48,156 bases of DNA, from positions 1 through 48,156 of IMG/VR virus record IMGVR_UViG_3300042196_000043; one strand, written 5' to 3'. Within the stretch, counting starts at the first letter, position 1, and each line of letters opens with the position of its first letter. The DNA is from a virus. Taxonomy: Duplodnaviria > Caudoviricetes. A program made the translations under genes and the position numbers. The notes beneath the pieces are model-generated. The model was not told the origin of the DNA, ran no database searches, and worked only from the letters and a program-made list of their open reading frames with translations. Of this stretch, positions 8,201 to 16,363 are shown piece by piece.

Positions 8201-8404
8201 TTACTCCTTCGTCTCGGACTTGACGCCAGCGCGCAGCGCCATGAGGCCCAGGCCGCCGAGGATTTCCGGCAACTGGTCGATGAGCTGCACGAGGGTTGTG
8301 TCTCCAACGGCCCAGGAGGCGACGGCCTGCGCCGCCAGCAGGAAGCCGAGGATGTAGGTACGAGACCCGGCGAGGAAGCCGCCGGAGAAGATGTGCATCA
8401 GCAT
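8201..8404 (-). CDS. Holin-like small two-TM protein
   Basis: G.RTYI.G motif, two hydrophobic helices, charged C-tail (ALRAGVKSETKE). Confidence 0.65.
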   Translation of the reverse strand: MLMHIFSGGFLAGSRTYILGFLLAAQAVASWAVGDTTLVQLIDQLPEILGGLGLMALRAGVKSETKE

Positions 8405-8439
8405 TGCTTGATTCCTTCAGTGGTGGTAGGATTTCTGTT

Positions 8440-8567
8440 GGTGCGGTAGTGGGGTGCCTAACCAGCGCCTCCGCTGCGTAGCTCAATTGGATAGAGCGCC
8501 GGCAAAAGCGGGTGGTTCCGTGAGTACCTAGGTGGTTGCCGGTTCGAGTCCGGCCCAGCACCGCACC
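8440..8567 (+). ncRNA. tRNA-like structured RNA (D and T arms, no canonical anticodon arm)
   Basis: TTGCTT-N17-TAGGAT promoter (8404-8432); TAGCTCAATTGGATAGAGC and GCCGG-TTCGAGT-CCGGC; closing stem GGTGCGGT/ACCGCACC. Confidence 0.7.
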
Positions 8568-9082
8568 TACTCTCCCGGCAGCAGCCTCTCCAGCGACACC
8601 GGCTCGGTAGCCTCCAGGCTTTCCCAAGCCCGTCCCGGCCCTTCCCAGGCTATCCAGGCGTAGTGTTCCCAGTTGTCGCTATCGAGCGGCCAGCAGCCGG
8701 TTATGTTGCAGCACAGCATGGTTCCTGCGTCGGTCTCGATTGCCAGCAGCATGTGCCCTCTCTCGCCCATGTCGCAGATTACCAGCCGGAGCGCGTCCTC
8801 CGGCAGGCCGGCGGCAACAAGGGTGCGACGGAGCATGGGAGCAAAATCGTTACAGTTGCCCTTGAAAGCGCTGCGGCCCGAGGCTGTCGTGAAGGGCTCG
8901 GCGCAGTCCCACTCGGTATCCGGCTTGGGATCGAACTGCCACCGGGCCATGAGGTCGCGGAACTCGCGCAGCACCAGCGCATTTTTCTCCGCGTCCCATG
9001 GTATGAGAACGGCATTGCGCAGGTACATTTCGCGGGCGGCCTGTGGCGTGGGGATTGGGCGGGTGCCGCGGAAGTGCTTCAT
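8567..9082 (-). CDS. Transglutaminase-like cysteine protease (BTLCP/peptidase C93, LapG-like)
   Basis: GNCNDFA..LRR.L.AAGLP..ALRL...GHMLLAIETD.G...CCN resembles the GDCEDYA...GHAVL...LDN family pattern. Confidence 0.75.
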   Translation of the reverse strand: MKHFRGTRPIPTPQAAREMYLRNAVLIPWDAEKNALVLREFRDLMARWQFDPKPDTEWDCAEPFTTASGRSAFKGNCNDFAPMLRRTLVAAGLPEDALRLVICDMGERGHMLLAIETDAGTMLCCNITGCWPLDSDNWEHYAWIAWEGPGRAWESLEATEPVSLERLLPGE

Positions 9083-9120
9083 GGATTGCCAATGTCCTTG
9101 GATTTAGGTAGAGTTTGACT

Positions 9121-9205
9121 GTGGGCATTGCCCGGGGGTCGGCGCTTGGCGCCGGCCGGGAATGAGGGCCAGTCGCTCAACGTCTGAGCCCCGTTCCTCA
9201 CCACA
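9121..9205 (+). ncRNA. Candidate structured small RNA
   Basis: TTGCCA-N17-TAGAGT promoter (9086-9114); GTGG/CCAC closure around two long hairpins. Confidence 0.55.
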
Positions 9206-9219
9206 CCAAGAACCCTTCA

Positions 9220-9564
9220 TCAGAACAGCGCCCGGTCAAAGCCGTGATGCCGGCAGGCTTGATCCGCGAGGCGCTGCCAGACGGCCCCGTGCTGGGTGCG
9301 GTCGCCAAGCATCTCTTGGCGAAGGTGGCAGACCTCATGGGCCATGACGGGGATCAAAGTTCCGGTCTGCACGATGCAGCGCCGAGATACGCCAATCTGG
9401 TGGCGTGGGTTCTTGAATTTGTACTCCCCGCGCGACTTGGCCCAATCCCCTATGTAGAACCGGACCTCGCTGCCATGTGGCAGCCCCCATCGTTTGAACG
9501 GCAGCGTAGCCCTCAGATACTCATAGGCAGCCGCCAGAACGTCAGGGGTGAGCTTTAGCGCCAT
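9220..9564 (-). CDS. SprT-like zinc metallopeptidase
   Basis: MAHEVCH (HExxH) plus downstream HGAVWQ. Confidence 0.75.
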   Translation of the reverse strand: MALKLTPDVLAAAYEYLRATLPFKRWGLPHGSEVRFYIGDWAKSRGEYKFKNPRHQIGVSRRCIVQTGTLIPVMAHEVCHLRQEMLGDRTQHGAVWQRLADQACRHHGFDRALF

Positions 9565-9838
9565 TGCCGGCCTTCCGCCTGTCGATACACATGACCGCCG
9601 TGCGGGCGTAGCCAGCAATGTCTATCCAGGAATCAACGTGGTTCGGAGTGTGGATCAGCCGAGCCAGCTTGACGCAGATCATCTCCATGGCGTGCCTGAC
9701 GACAGGGTCCTGACACTCGGCCACAACTGCCTTCAGGGCATCGGCTCGCATGAAGTCGTCTAGCGGGTGCCCGTAGACGGCGCCCCGGTCCTGAGTGACG
9801 CGCTGAATAGCAGCGTCAAACTCCTCCAGCGGGGTCAT
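9542..9838 (-). CDS. DUF6378-like protein
   Basis: DRG.VYGHP.D.F...MI.VKLARL...H.DSW.DIAGYA. Confidence 0.75.
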   Translation of the reverse strand: MTPLEEFDAAIQRVTQDRGAVYGHPLDDFMRADALKAVVAECQDPVVRHAMEMICVKLARLIHTPNHVDSWIDIAGYARTAVMCIDRRKAGNGAKAHP

Positions 9839-10224
9839 GCAACAAGGCTCAGCTTGCGGGTGAACGGCGCCATGTAGATGATGGGCCGGCCGCGATCCTT
9901 GAAGTTCTCGATCTCCACCCCGATCCCGTAGGACTCGCGCCACGTCTCCATCATGCAGATGATGAGGCCGTGAGCGGCGCGCATTAGCGGTTCGTCGGCT
10001 GGGAGCCAGATGCCGTGGTCGAGCGGGTCCATGCCGCCGTGAATGGCGATGGGGTGCGTGTGGGCGATGGGGCTGTAGACTTTCACCCCCTCCCCGATGA
10101 GGTAGGCAGTGGACTTGCAAACGTCCCTGAAAGCGTTCTCCAGGCCGTCAGGGTACTTGCTATATGGGCTTGCCAAATACCAGTAGCCCGGCGCCCGGCG
10201 GAGATAATCGAGATCAACGCTCAC
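9835..10224 (-). CDS. DUF1937 / nucleoside deoxyribosyltransferase-like protein
   Basis: YLASPYS, VYSPIAHTH and W.ES.G...EI motifs. Confidence 0.75.
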   Translation of the reverse strand: MSVDLDYLRRAPGYWYLASPYSKYPDGLENAFRDVCKSTAYLIGEGVKVYSPIAHTHPIAIHGGMDPLDHGIWLPADEPLMRAAHGLIICMMETWRESYGIGVEIENFKDRGRPIIYMAPFTRKLSLVA

Positions 10225-11312
10225 TTTCGGCTCCTCTTGAAAGTTAAGAAGTCCGCCGCCTCTTCCGGGTCGTGAATCACCGTAATAAGGCGGGAGTCAT
10301 CGTCCGCGCACTGCGGGTCAATAATGGTGGTCGCAGACGGCGAAATGTTCTGGTCCGGCAAGCCCAGCTCCTTGGCGTAACGGTCAAGGATCTTGAAGCC
10401 CGCCACGCGCAGGACGTGGCTGATTAGGCCGCTCGCCGGGTCCTTCAGAAGCTGATAGCCCGATGTGTGCTTATGCCCGCAGATGAGGACGTGATCGCGC
10501 CAGCCCATCTGGGCGGCCTTGGCTGCCCCGTGAGCAGTGTTCCACATACTGTGACCGGGAAAATCATGGCGGGCGTTCACGCGGATTCCCCTGCCATTGG
10601 GGCAGACCAGATTGAGACGCGCCCCCCAGTTCTCCGAAATGCCCGCGATGTCCCGCGTCATCCACTTGACAGGATCGCCGGCACCCGACCATGCGTCGTG
10701 GTTGCCGCCGAGGATGTAGAGCCAGTTAACGGAGGTCACCAGCCATTCGGTCAGCACCCACGCCTCGGCTGCGGACGTAGACTGCTCGCCATAGAGCCGG
10801 GCAAGGCGGCCCACCCAGTTGTTCTGGTGGTCACCTACGTTGGCCCCGAAGAGTCCTTCCGTCGCGTTGATGATCTTGACGTGACGCTCGATGTCCGCCA
10901 CGTCCGTCCCGTCGTCATCCACATGCGGATCACCCAGGTGGCAAATGCCAAAGGGGCCATCAGTGCTAACCTTAACAGTGATAAGGCGACGCGCATCGTC
11001 AGCGGCCTTTTTCCGGGCGTATTGCTTTCGCCGCCTTGCCAAGATTTCCTCGGCAGGCGGTAGGTCTTCTGGTAGAATCTCTGCCTCGAACTCGGCGGGT
11101 TTGGGTTTGGGGCGCGGCGCACTGTCCTGGTGCAGGAGCGCCGAGTGATAGCGGCTCTGAACCGTCTGCCGCGCAAGGCCGAGCGCCTTAGCTGCCGCCG
11201 AGATTGAGCCGTATTCTTCGACGGCAGCCAGGGCTGCAATGCGGTCGCGCTCTATCTGATCCAACTGCTGTTGGCTTCTACCGGGATGAGGCACGACGGC
11301 CCCTCCTGTCAT
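10221..11312 (-). CDS. Calcineurin-like metallophosphoesterase with an N-terminal HTH
   Basis: GDPH, GD..NN, GGNHD and GHKH motifs; GSISAAAKALGLARQTV helix-turn-helix. Confidence 0.85.
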   Translation of the reverse strand: MTGGAVVPHPGRSQQQLDQIERDRIAALAAVEEYGSISAAAKALGLARQTVQSRYHSALLHQDSAPRPKPKPAEFEAEILPEDLPPAEEILARRRKQYARKKAADDARRLITVKVSTDGPFGICHLGDPHVDDDGTDVADIERHVKIINATEGLFGANVGDHQNNWVGRLARLYGEQSTSAAEAWVLTEWLVTSVNWLYILGGNHDAWSGAGDPVKWMTRDIAGISENWGARLNLVCPNGRGIRVNARHDFPGHSMWNTAHGAAKAAQMGWRDHVLICGHKHTSGYQLLKDPASGLISHVLRVAGFKILDRYAKELGLPDQNISPSATTIIDPQCADDDSRLITVIHDPEEAADFLTFKRSRK

Positions 11313-11323
11313 TGTGGAAGGGG

Positions 11324-11530
11324 CTACTTGTCGGCCTTAGGCGGGGTATCTCTTAGCTCCCGCCGGATCTTCAGGACCGCCCAGCATAGGCCCGCCACCA
11401 TGCTGGCGATGGAGAGTCCCCATTCCAGCCAGTCCATCCACACCCACAGGGGGGCTGGCGTTACAGCGGCAATCAGCAGCCAGTCCGCAGCCTTGTCAGC
11501 CGCAGCCTTGGTCGTATCCATGAGGGCCAA
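11324..11530 (-). CDS. Small membrane protein (holin/antiholin-like)
   Basis: Two hydrophobic segments and a basic C-tail. Confidence 0.55.
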   Translation of the reverse strand: MALMDTTKAAADKAADWLLIAAVTPAPLWVWMDWLEWGLSIASMVAGLCWAVLKIRRELRDTPPKADK

Positions 11531-11533
11531 GAG

Positions 11534-11917
11534 CTACGCCCCCTGCCCTGCGGTAAACTCGGCATTTATGCCCGGCCAAGCGATGGTGAACCGCTTATCC
11601 ACGGGCTGGTTTGTGCGGACCTCCACCACATGGGCAGCGTCGCCCTCGAAGTCCTCTACAGGCCCGGCCCCAATGGCGACGATCTGCATTTGAATGTGGC
11701 GGGGGAACCGCGCGCACTCTGGGCCGTCGATTACCTCGCCCGCATCAGCCCTGGATTTGGTGAATGCCTGCAGGGCTGCCATGGCGCCGCTTTCCGTGCA
11801 TACCCAGGCGCCAGCCACCCGGCCCAAGTCAGCCTGCTGCGCATAAGCGGTACTGCAAATACCGCCCACGATTAGGATAGACAGCGCGAGAAACGCTGCC
11901 CAGAGTCGTGCGGCCAT
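11534..11917 (-). CDS. Secreted hypothetical protein
   Basis: Signal peptide ending in AYA; cysteine pair. Confidence 0.65.
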   Translation of the reverse strand: MAARLWAAFLALSILIVGGICSTAYAQQADLGRVAGAWVCTESGAMAALQAFTKSRADAGEVIDGPECARFPRHIQMQIVAIGAGPVEDFEGDAAHVVEVRTNQPVDKRFTIAWPGINAEFTAGQGA

Positions 11918-12008
11918 GGGCCTACTCCGTGATGGTAGGTTGATGGAAGTGCCCGGCGTCTTTGGCGTGACCCTGGACGCCGGGCGCGCTGTCTAAGTGG
12001 TGGGGGAA

Positions 12009-13316
12009 TCACGCCCAGGCCAGCACTACCCAGCGCCAGGAGGTCGTCGTTACCGTCTCCAAGTTAAAACTGGCCTTGCCAATAACATTGATTCCGGCCG
12101 ACTGGATGAGCGATACGTGAGTGGCGTCCACCAAGATCGACGCGCCCCGGTCGGTGGTGCTGCCGACAACGCCTGTAAAGACCTCATCTCCGGCGACATA
12201 TCCGTCGTCGTCCACCGCGCAGCGCAGGATGACCTCCACTTGTAGCGGCGCGGAAGTGAGGCCGTGCTCTACATCAAGTTTCGTATCAGCCGTGACAGTC
12301 TGCTCGGACGAGGTAAACCTAAGTTCGCCACCGAACAGCACCTGCACGAACTGATCTGCAACAATGTTGGCGCTGCCATCCGTAAACACTGCGCCCAGAA
12401 GGCGCCTCTGGTCGTAGTTCGTCGGCATCGTGGGGCTGCTGGAGCTGGTGCTGAACAGCGCGTCCACCACGCCGGTATCACTGCGCCGGATCAGCCAAAC
12501 ATAGTACCATGTGGCATTGCCGACAGAACCTGTATCCAGGCCACCGTTGCCGTCCCCTACCGCCCACGCCGCATCAATCGCCTTGGTGAGAGTGGTGGAC
12601 AGCGACAGGTTGGCCGCGTCGTCTTCGTCCCGAGCGGCGCCAGTCGCAATGTCAATGTCGTGCTCTGCGTCAGCGCCGTTGTTCGATATGGTAAATCCAT
12701 CGATATACCCCCTCGGCAGCGGCGTGGTGATGCTCGACGGGCGCACCGTGGAGAACCACTCCGAACCGTCTGAACGTAGAACTACCGAATCGAACTGGTC
12801 GGCTAGCTCAAGGTCCGACTCGTCGTTGATCGTTTCCGACCCGTCGCCGTCGATAGTGACCGCGTTGGCTGAGGAGTCTATCTTCACAACGGAAATCTCG
12901 AAGCCGTCGCCGGCTGTGGCGGCCGGAGGAAGCGTGATAGTAAACGCCCCGCCTGTGGCATCCGCTGCAATCAGCTTGCCGTCATCGCCTGCGGCCACCG
13001 TGTACGTGGTGGTTTTGGAGATAACGACAGAGGTCTTGGGCGTTGCCGAGCGTACCGGATCGGCAGTCCAGATGGTTACGTCATCGGCGTCACTCAGGAC
13101 AACCTTGTAATCGTCGCCCGACAGGAAAATGTCATCGAACATCCCTGCAGAATCGGCCACTACCGGGTTGGCGTTGGCCGTCGTAAGGGCGTCGTCGCTA
13201 AAGGTGTCCAGTGGCGTGCTGGTGCCGGATTCGAAAAACTCCAATTTGGCCCCTGAGCGAGGGACGCCGTTGGCATCGAACACGCTTTCCAGCGGCAGGG
13301 CGAAACGACCAGCCAT
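12009..13316 (-). CDS. Tail fibre/spike with a virion-attachment N-domain
   Basis: FDANG.P.SGAKL.FF..GTSTP.DT..D...T.AN.NPV..DS.G is typical of podophage fibre N-termini; follows the ejection genes. Confidence 0.75.
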   Translation of the reverse strand: MAGRFALPLESVFDANGVPRSGAKLEFFESGTSTPLDTFSDDALTTANANPVVADSAGMFDDIFLSGDDYKVVLSDADDVTIWTADPVRSATPKTSVVISKTTTYTVAAGDDGKLIAADATGGAFTITLPPAATAGDGFEISVVKIDSSANAVTIDGDGSETINDESDLELADQFDSVVLRSDGSEWFSTVRPSSITTPLPRGYIDGFTISNNGADAEHDIDIATGAARDEDDAANLSLSTTLTKAIDAAWAVGDGNGGLDTGSVGNATWYYVWLIRRSDTGVVDALFSTSSSSPTMPTNYDQRRLLGAVFTDGSANIVADQFVQVLFGGELRFTSSEQTVTADTKLDVEHGLTSAPLQVEVILRCAVDDDGYVAGDEVFTGVVGSTTDRGASILVDATHVSLIQSAGINVIGKASFNLETVTTTSWRWVVLAWA

Positions 13317-13340
13317 TAAGGACTCCACTTATTTTCAATG

Positions 13341-13363
13341 GAAAAAACCGCCCGAAGGCGGCT
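13341..13363 (-). terminator. Intrinsic terminator
   Basis: - strand GCCGCC-TTCG-GGCGG followed by T6. Confidence 0.75.
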
Positions 13364-13374
13364 ATTCTCTGCGG

Positions 13375-13539
13375 ATGTGGGAAACACTGGCCCGCTGGGC
13401 GGGAAACTCTCAATGGCGGCACCTGCTGATACAGGGCAGCGTCGGCTTGGCCATCCTCTACGGCGCCGAATGGCTGTTAGGGCCTTGGGTAAAGCCCCTG
13501 ATCCACCTTGGCGTCTGTCAGTTCATCGGGCCGTGTTAG
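13375..13539 (+). CDS. Small membrane protein (antisense moron)
   Basis: MWETLARW...LAILYGAEWLLG; TATTCT -10 box lies 6 nt before the ATG. Confidence 0.5.
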   Translation: MWETLARWAGNSQWRHLLIQGSVGLAILYGAEWLLGPWVKPLIHLGVCQFIGPC

Positions 13540-15046
13540 GCTGGCGCAGCGCGCTCAGTGCGTTGGCCTCAGCCGGAATGGGCGCCAGCAGCATTGCCCT
13601 GAGGGCGTTGACCTGACCTGAGGACAGCGGCGCCGCTTGCGCGGAAGCCCCCCCCATCCGCGCCAACTCCGAGGCTGCGTTGGCCGCTCGCTGCGTCATG
13701 GCGGTTGCCCCGGCCCGACCGGCAAACCCGATGGCCGGCAGAGCCACGGCGCCCACTGGCCCGCCGATACCGTAGCCGGCGCCACCGGAGAGCACGCTGC
13801 TTACAACGCCCGTGGGGGCAAACTTGCCAACCATGCGCAGTACGTTTGTCAGCGGCTCGCCCTGCCCGACCTTCTTGATCGCCGCCTGCTCGGCTTTGCT
13901 GAAGAGACGCATTTTCTTCGGGTTCATGGCAAGCTGGCGGAACTCTGTCCGCAGGGCATTTTCCATGCCCGAACCTGAGAACTGCGCCTGGCGGTCGTGC
14001 GCGCGGGAGATCAGGCCCTCAATAGTCTCGCCCTTGCTGGCGCGGCTCCACAGCGAGCGGGCATCTCTCAGGGCCTCGGTAGCTTGCTTGACATTGCCGG
14101 CAATCACGTCTCCGGGGGTAAGCCTGTCCAGGGTATCGTCAAGCTGGCCAATGAGCTGCTGGGCAAGGCGCCGCTCGGCCTTCTCCAGACTGCCAGAAGC
14201 CTGCTTCAGGATGCGGCGCAGATTGTCCACCTGCTGGAGCGTCGGGGTCTGACCCTTCAGCGCCGAGAACTCCTCTAGCGCCGCACTGACCTTCGGGTGG
14301 ATCTTTGGGTGAAACCCTTCCTTCTGGGCGGCAGACACCATGTCGTCTGCAATGCCGGCGAAGCGGTTGCCCGTCAGGGTCACGCCCGTATTCAGGGCCG
14401 TGTCATACGCCTTCCCGGCCTGGCCCTTGAGAGCGGCGGCGGTGGGCGCCTTGGGTAGTCCGGACTGTGCCACCTTGCCAGCGACGGCGCCAAAGCCACC
14501 GCCCGTCAGCGCCCCCAGGAGGGTGCCCCAGGCGGCCCCCTCAGCGCGTTCCTGCATCCCGCCCTCGGCATGGCCCGCACCGTGGAGAGCGCCATAGGCG
14601 GCGCCCTCAGCGGCGCCACGGCCCGCCATAGAGGCAACGGTGGGCTTGGCAGCGTTCAGGAGGGTAAGCCCTGCCCTGCCCGCCCCCAGCCCCGTGGTGA
14701 GGGCGCCGGCAATCTGGCCTGGGATGGCAATGCTGGCCGGAATAGCCTCGTCCCGGCCGCGCTCCGCAGCGAGGTTGCTGGAGTAGTCACCCTGCCCGCC
14801 AGGCTGTGCGCCAACGCCCGTCAGGCTGGACGCGCCCGCCGCCAGTTCGTCGGCAAAGCCGAAGCTCATGCCGGAAGCTACGGACCGCCCGAAATCATCC
14901 ACCGCCCGCAAGCCCTCGGTGAGGCTGCCCTGGCCCTGCCCGGCCCCCTGGTCGCTGCCGACGTTGCCGACGTTGCCAGCCCCCGCCTGCCGAGCCTTGA
15001 CGGCCGCCAGCTTCTGCCGGCGCTGGACTTCTTCAACCGTTGCCAT
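13523..15046 (-). CDS. DNA ejection/internal virion protein (P22 gp16 position)
   Basis: Ala/Gly-rich helical protein; G.SFGFADE motif; synteny. Confidence 0.7.
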   Translation of the reverse strand: MATVEEVQRRQKLAAVKARQAGAGNVGNVGSDQGAGQGQGSLTEGLRAVDDFGRSVASGMSFGFADELAAGASSLTGVGAQPGGQGDYSSNLAAERGRDEAIPASIAIPGQIAGALTTGLGAGRAGLTLLNAAKPTVASMAGRGAAEGAAYGALHGAGHAEGGMQERAEGAAWGTLLGALTGGGFGAVAGKVAQSGLPKAPTAAALKGQAGKAYDTALNTGVTLTGNRFAGIADDMVSAAQKEGFHPKIHPKVSAALEEFSALKGQTPTLQQVDNLRRILKQASGSLEKAERRLAQQLIGQLDDTLDRLTPGDVIAGNVKQATEALRDARSLWSRASKGETIEGLISRAHDRQAQFSGSGMENALRTEFRQLAMNPKKMRLFSKAEQAAIKKVGQGEPLTNVLRMVGKFAPTGVVSSVLSGGAGYGIGGPVGAVALPAIGFAGRAGATAMTQRAANAASELARMGGASAQAAPLSSGQVNALRAMLLAPIPAEANALSALRQPNTAR

Positions 15047-16335
15047 TACAGCCCCGCATCGTCCATTGCCTTCATGAGAGCGTCCAGTTGATCGGTGTCG
15101 AGTTTGGTGGCATCCACATTCAGCAGATCGGCCGGCGCCATGGTGGAGAAGTCAGCGACCTTCCCGCTTTCGCTCTCCTGTGGCCGTTCGCCGACGCCAT
15201 GCACGATATCCAGGAACACCTCCTGCACGCGCTCCAGGTTACGGCGGAACTGCTCGGGGCTTTGCGACTGCTCCAGGTTGCCGAGCACGCTTTGCAAGAG
15301 GCGGTTTTCGTTTTCCGACACCTGACCGAGCGCGCCACCAGTCGGAGACGCCTCGCGCATGGCCTGGAGCTTGTCAAAGCCAACATTGGCCTTCACGGTA
15401 TCGACTAGGCGCGCCACGTCATGCTGTGGCGTGCCGGGTACGCCAGAAACCCACGAGCCGAAGCCCGCCACCGGAAGCGTGGACGAGTCCATGGTCTGGA
15501 AAATTCTGTCGATATCGTCGGATACAATCTGCGCCGTCGTGGCCCTGGATTTCTTGCCCTTGGCCTCAGCAGCCTCCGCGGCGGCCTTCTTCTCAGCTTC
15601 CGCCTGGATTTCCTGCTCCGCCGGCCCGCCACGGATCGGCACGAGCTGGGCGCCATCGGGTCCCTCGACAAGCTGATAGCCCGTCGGGATAGTGCCGTAC
15701 TTTCCGCCGCCGACAGTGACGTTGGTTTCGGACTTGCCCGCCTTGGCGAGGGCCGTCTTGTAGTCCAAGAACGTGCCCTTGAAACCCTGTGCCACAGCCT
15801 GCTGATATTCCTGCATGCCGGACGTGGGCTTCAGATTGCTCGCCTCCTGCCCCATCGCCACCATGAGAGAGACGGTCTCCGGGTCGTACTGGTCCGGCAT
15901 GTCAGAGATATCGACGCCGCGCGACGCCGCCATATTGAGGGCACGGCCATAGGTGTCCTGGTCTTGCACGCCATCCATGGCACGGGCCAGCAGGGGCGCT
16001 TCGAACTCCATCTGCTTACGGGTGTTCTCAGCCATCTTTGCAGAGTGTTCCTGAAACCGCATGCCGAAGTCGGGATCGATAGCGCCCGCGCGGCCGGCAA
16101 ACTGCTTGTCCGTCATCGCGCCCGGTCCCTGGCGACCCGTATCCCACGTGATGCCGCTGGTAGGGTCAGTGCCGCCGTACTGCTCGGCAAAGAGCGAGCT
16201 AAGCGCGCCCTGCTTCTGCTGCCCCGCCTTGGCCGCGTCCATCTGCATCTGCAGAAGTTGATTCTGCATCTGGCCCGTCTTGTGCTGCTGCACAGCGCCG
16301 TAGACAGCCGGGAGATTGACCTGGGTGATTGCCAT
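15046..16335 (-). CDS. DNA ejection protein (P22 gp20 position)
   Basis: Gln/Ala-rich; LQAMR.ASPTGGALGQVSE.E motif; synteny. Confidence 0.7.
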   Translation of the reverse strand: MAITQVNLPAVYGAVQQHKTGQMQNQLLQMQMDAAKAGQQKQGALSSLFAEQYGGTDPTSGITWDTGRQGPGAMTDKQFAGRAGAIDPDFGMRFQEHSAKMAENTRKQMEFEAPLLARAMDGVQDQDTYGRALNMAASRGVDISDMPDQYDPETVSLMVAMGQEASNLKPTSGMQEYQQAVAQGFKGTFLDYKTALAKAGKSETNVTVGGGKYGTIPTGYQLVEGPDGAQLVPIRGGPAEQEIQAEAEKKAAAEAAEAKGKKSRATTAQIVSDDIDRIFQTMDSSTLPVAGFGSWVSGVPGTPQHDVARLVDTVKANVGFDKLQAMREASPTGGALGQVSENENRLLQSVLGNLEQSQSPEQFRRNLERVQEVFLDIVHGVGERPQESESGKVADFSTMAPADLLNVDATKLDTDQLDALMKAMDDAGL

Positions 16336-16363
16336 GCTAAGCCTTTTGCCCTAAAATGGGTGC

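Noticed and set aside
8472-8563. Canonical tRNA gene
   Set aside because: No 5-bp stem with a 7-nt anticodon loop, imperfect acceptor stem and no CCA; reported as a tRNA-like ncRNA instead
11949-11988. Additional sRNA at the GCCCGGCGTC/GACGCCGGGC hairpin
   Set aside because: Single hairpin with no good -35 box; more simply a terminator or processing stem after the tail-fibre gene
12009-13316. Diversity-generating retroelement or invertible tail-fibre cassette
   Set aside because: No reverse transcriptase, invertase or template/variable repeat pair seen
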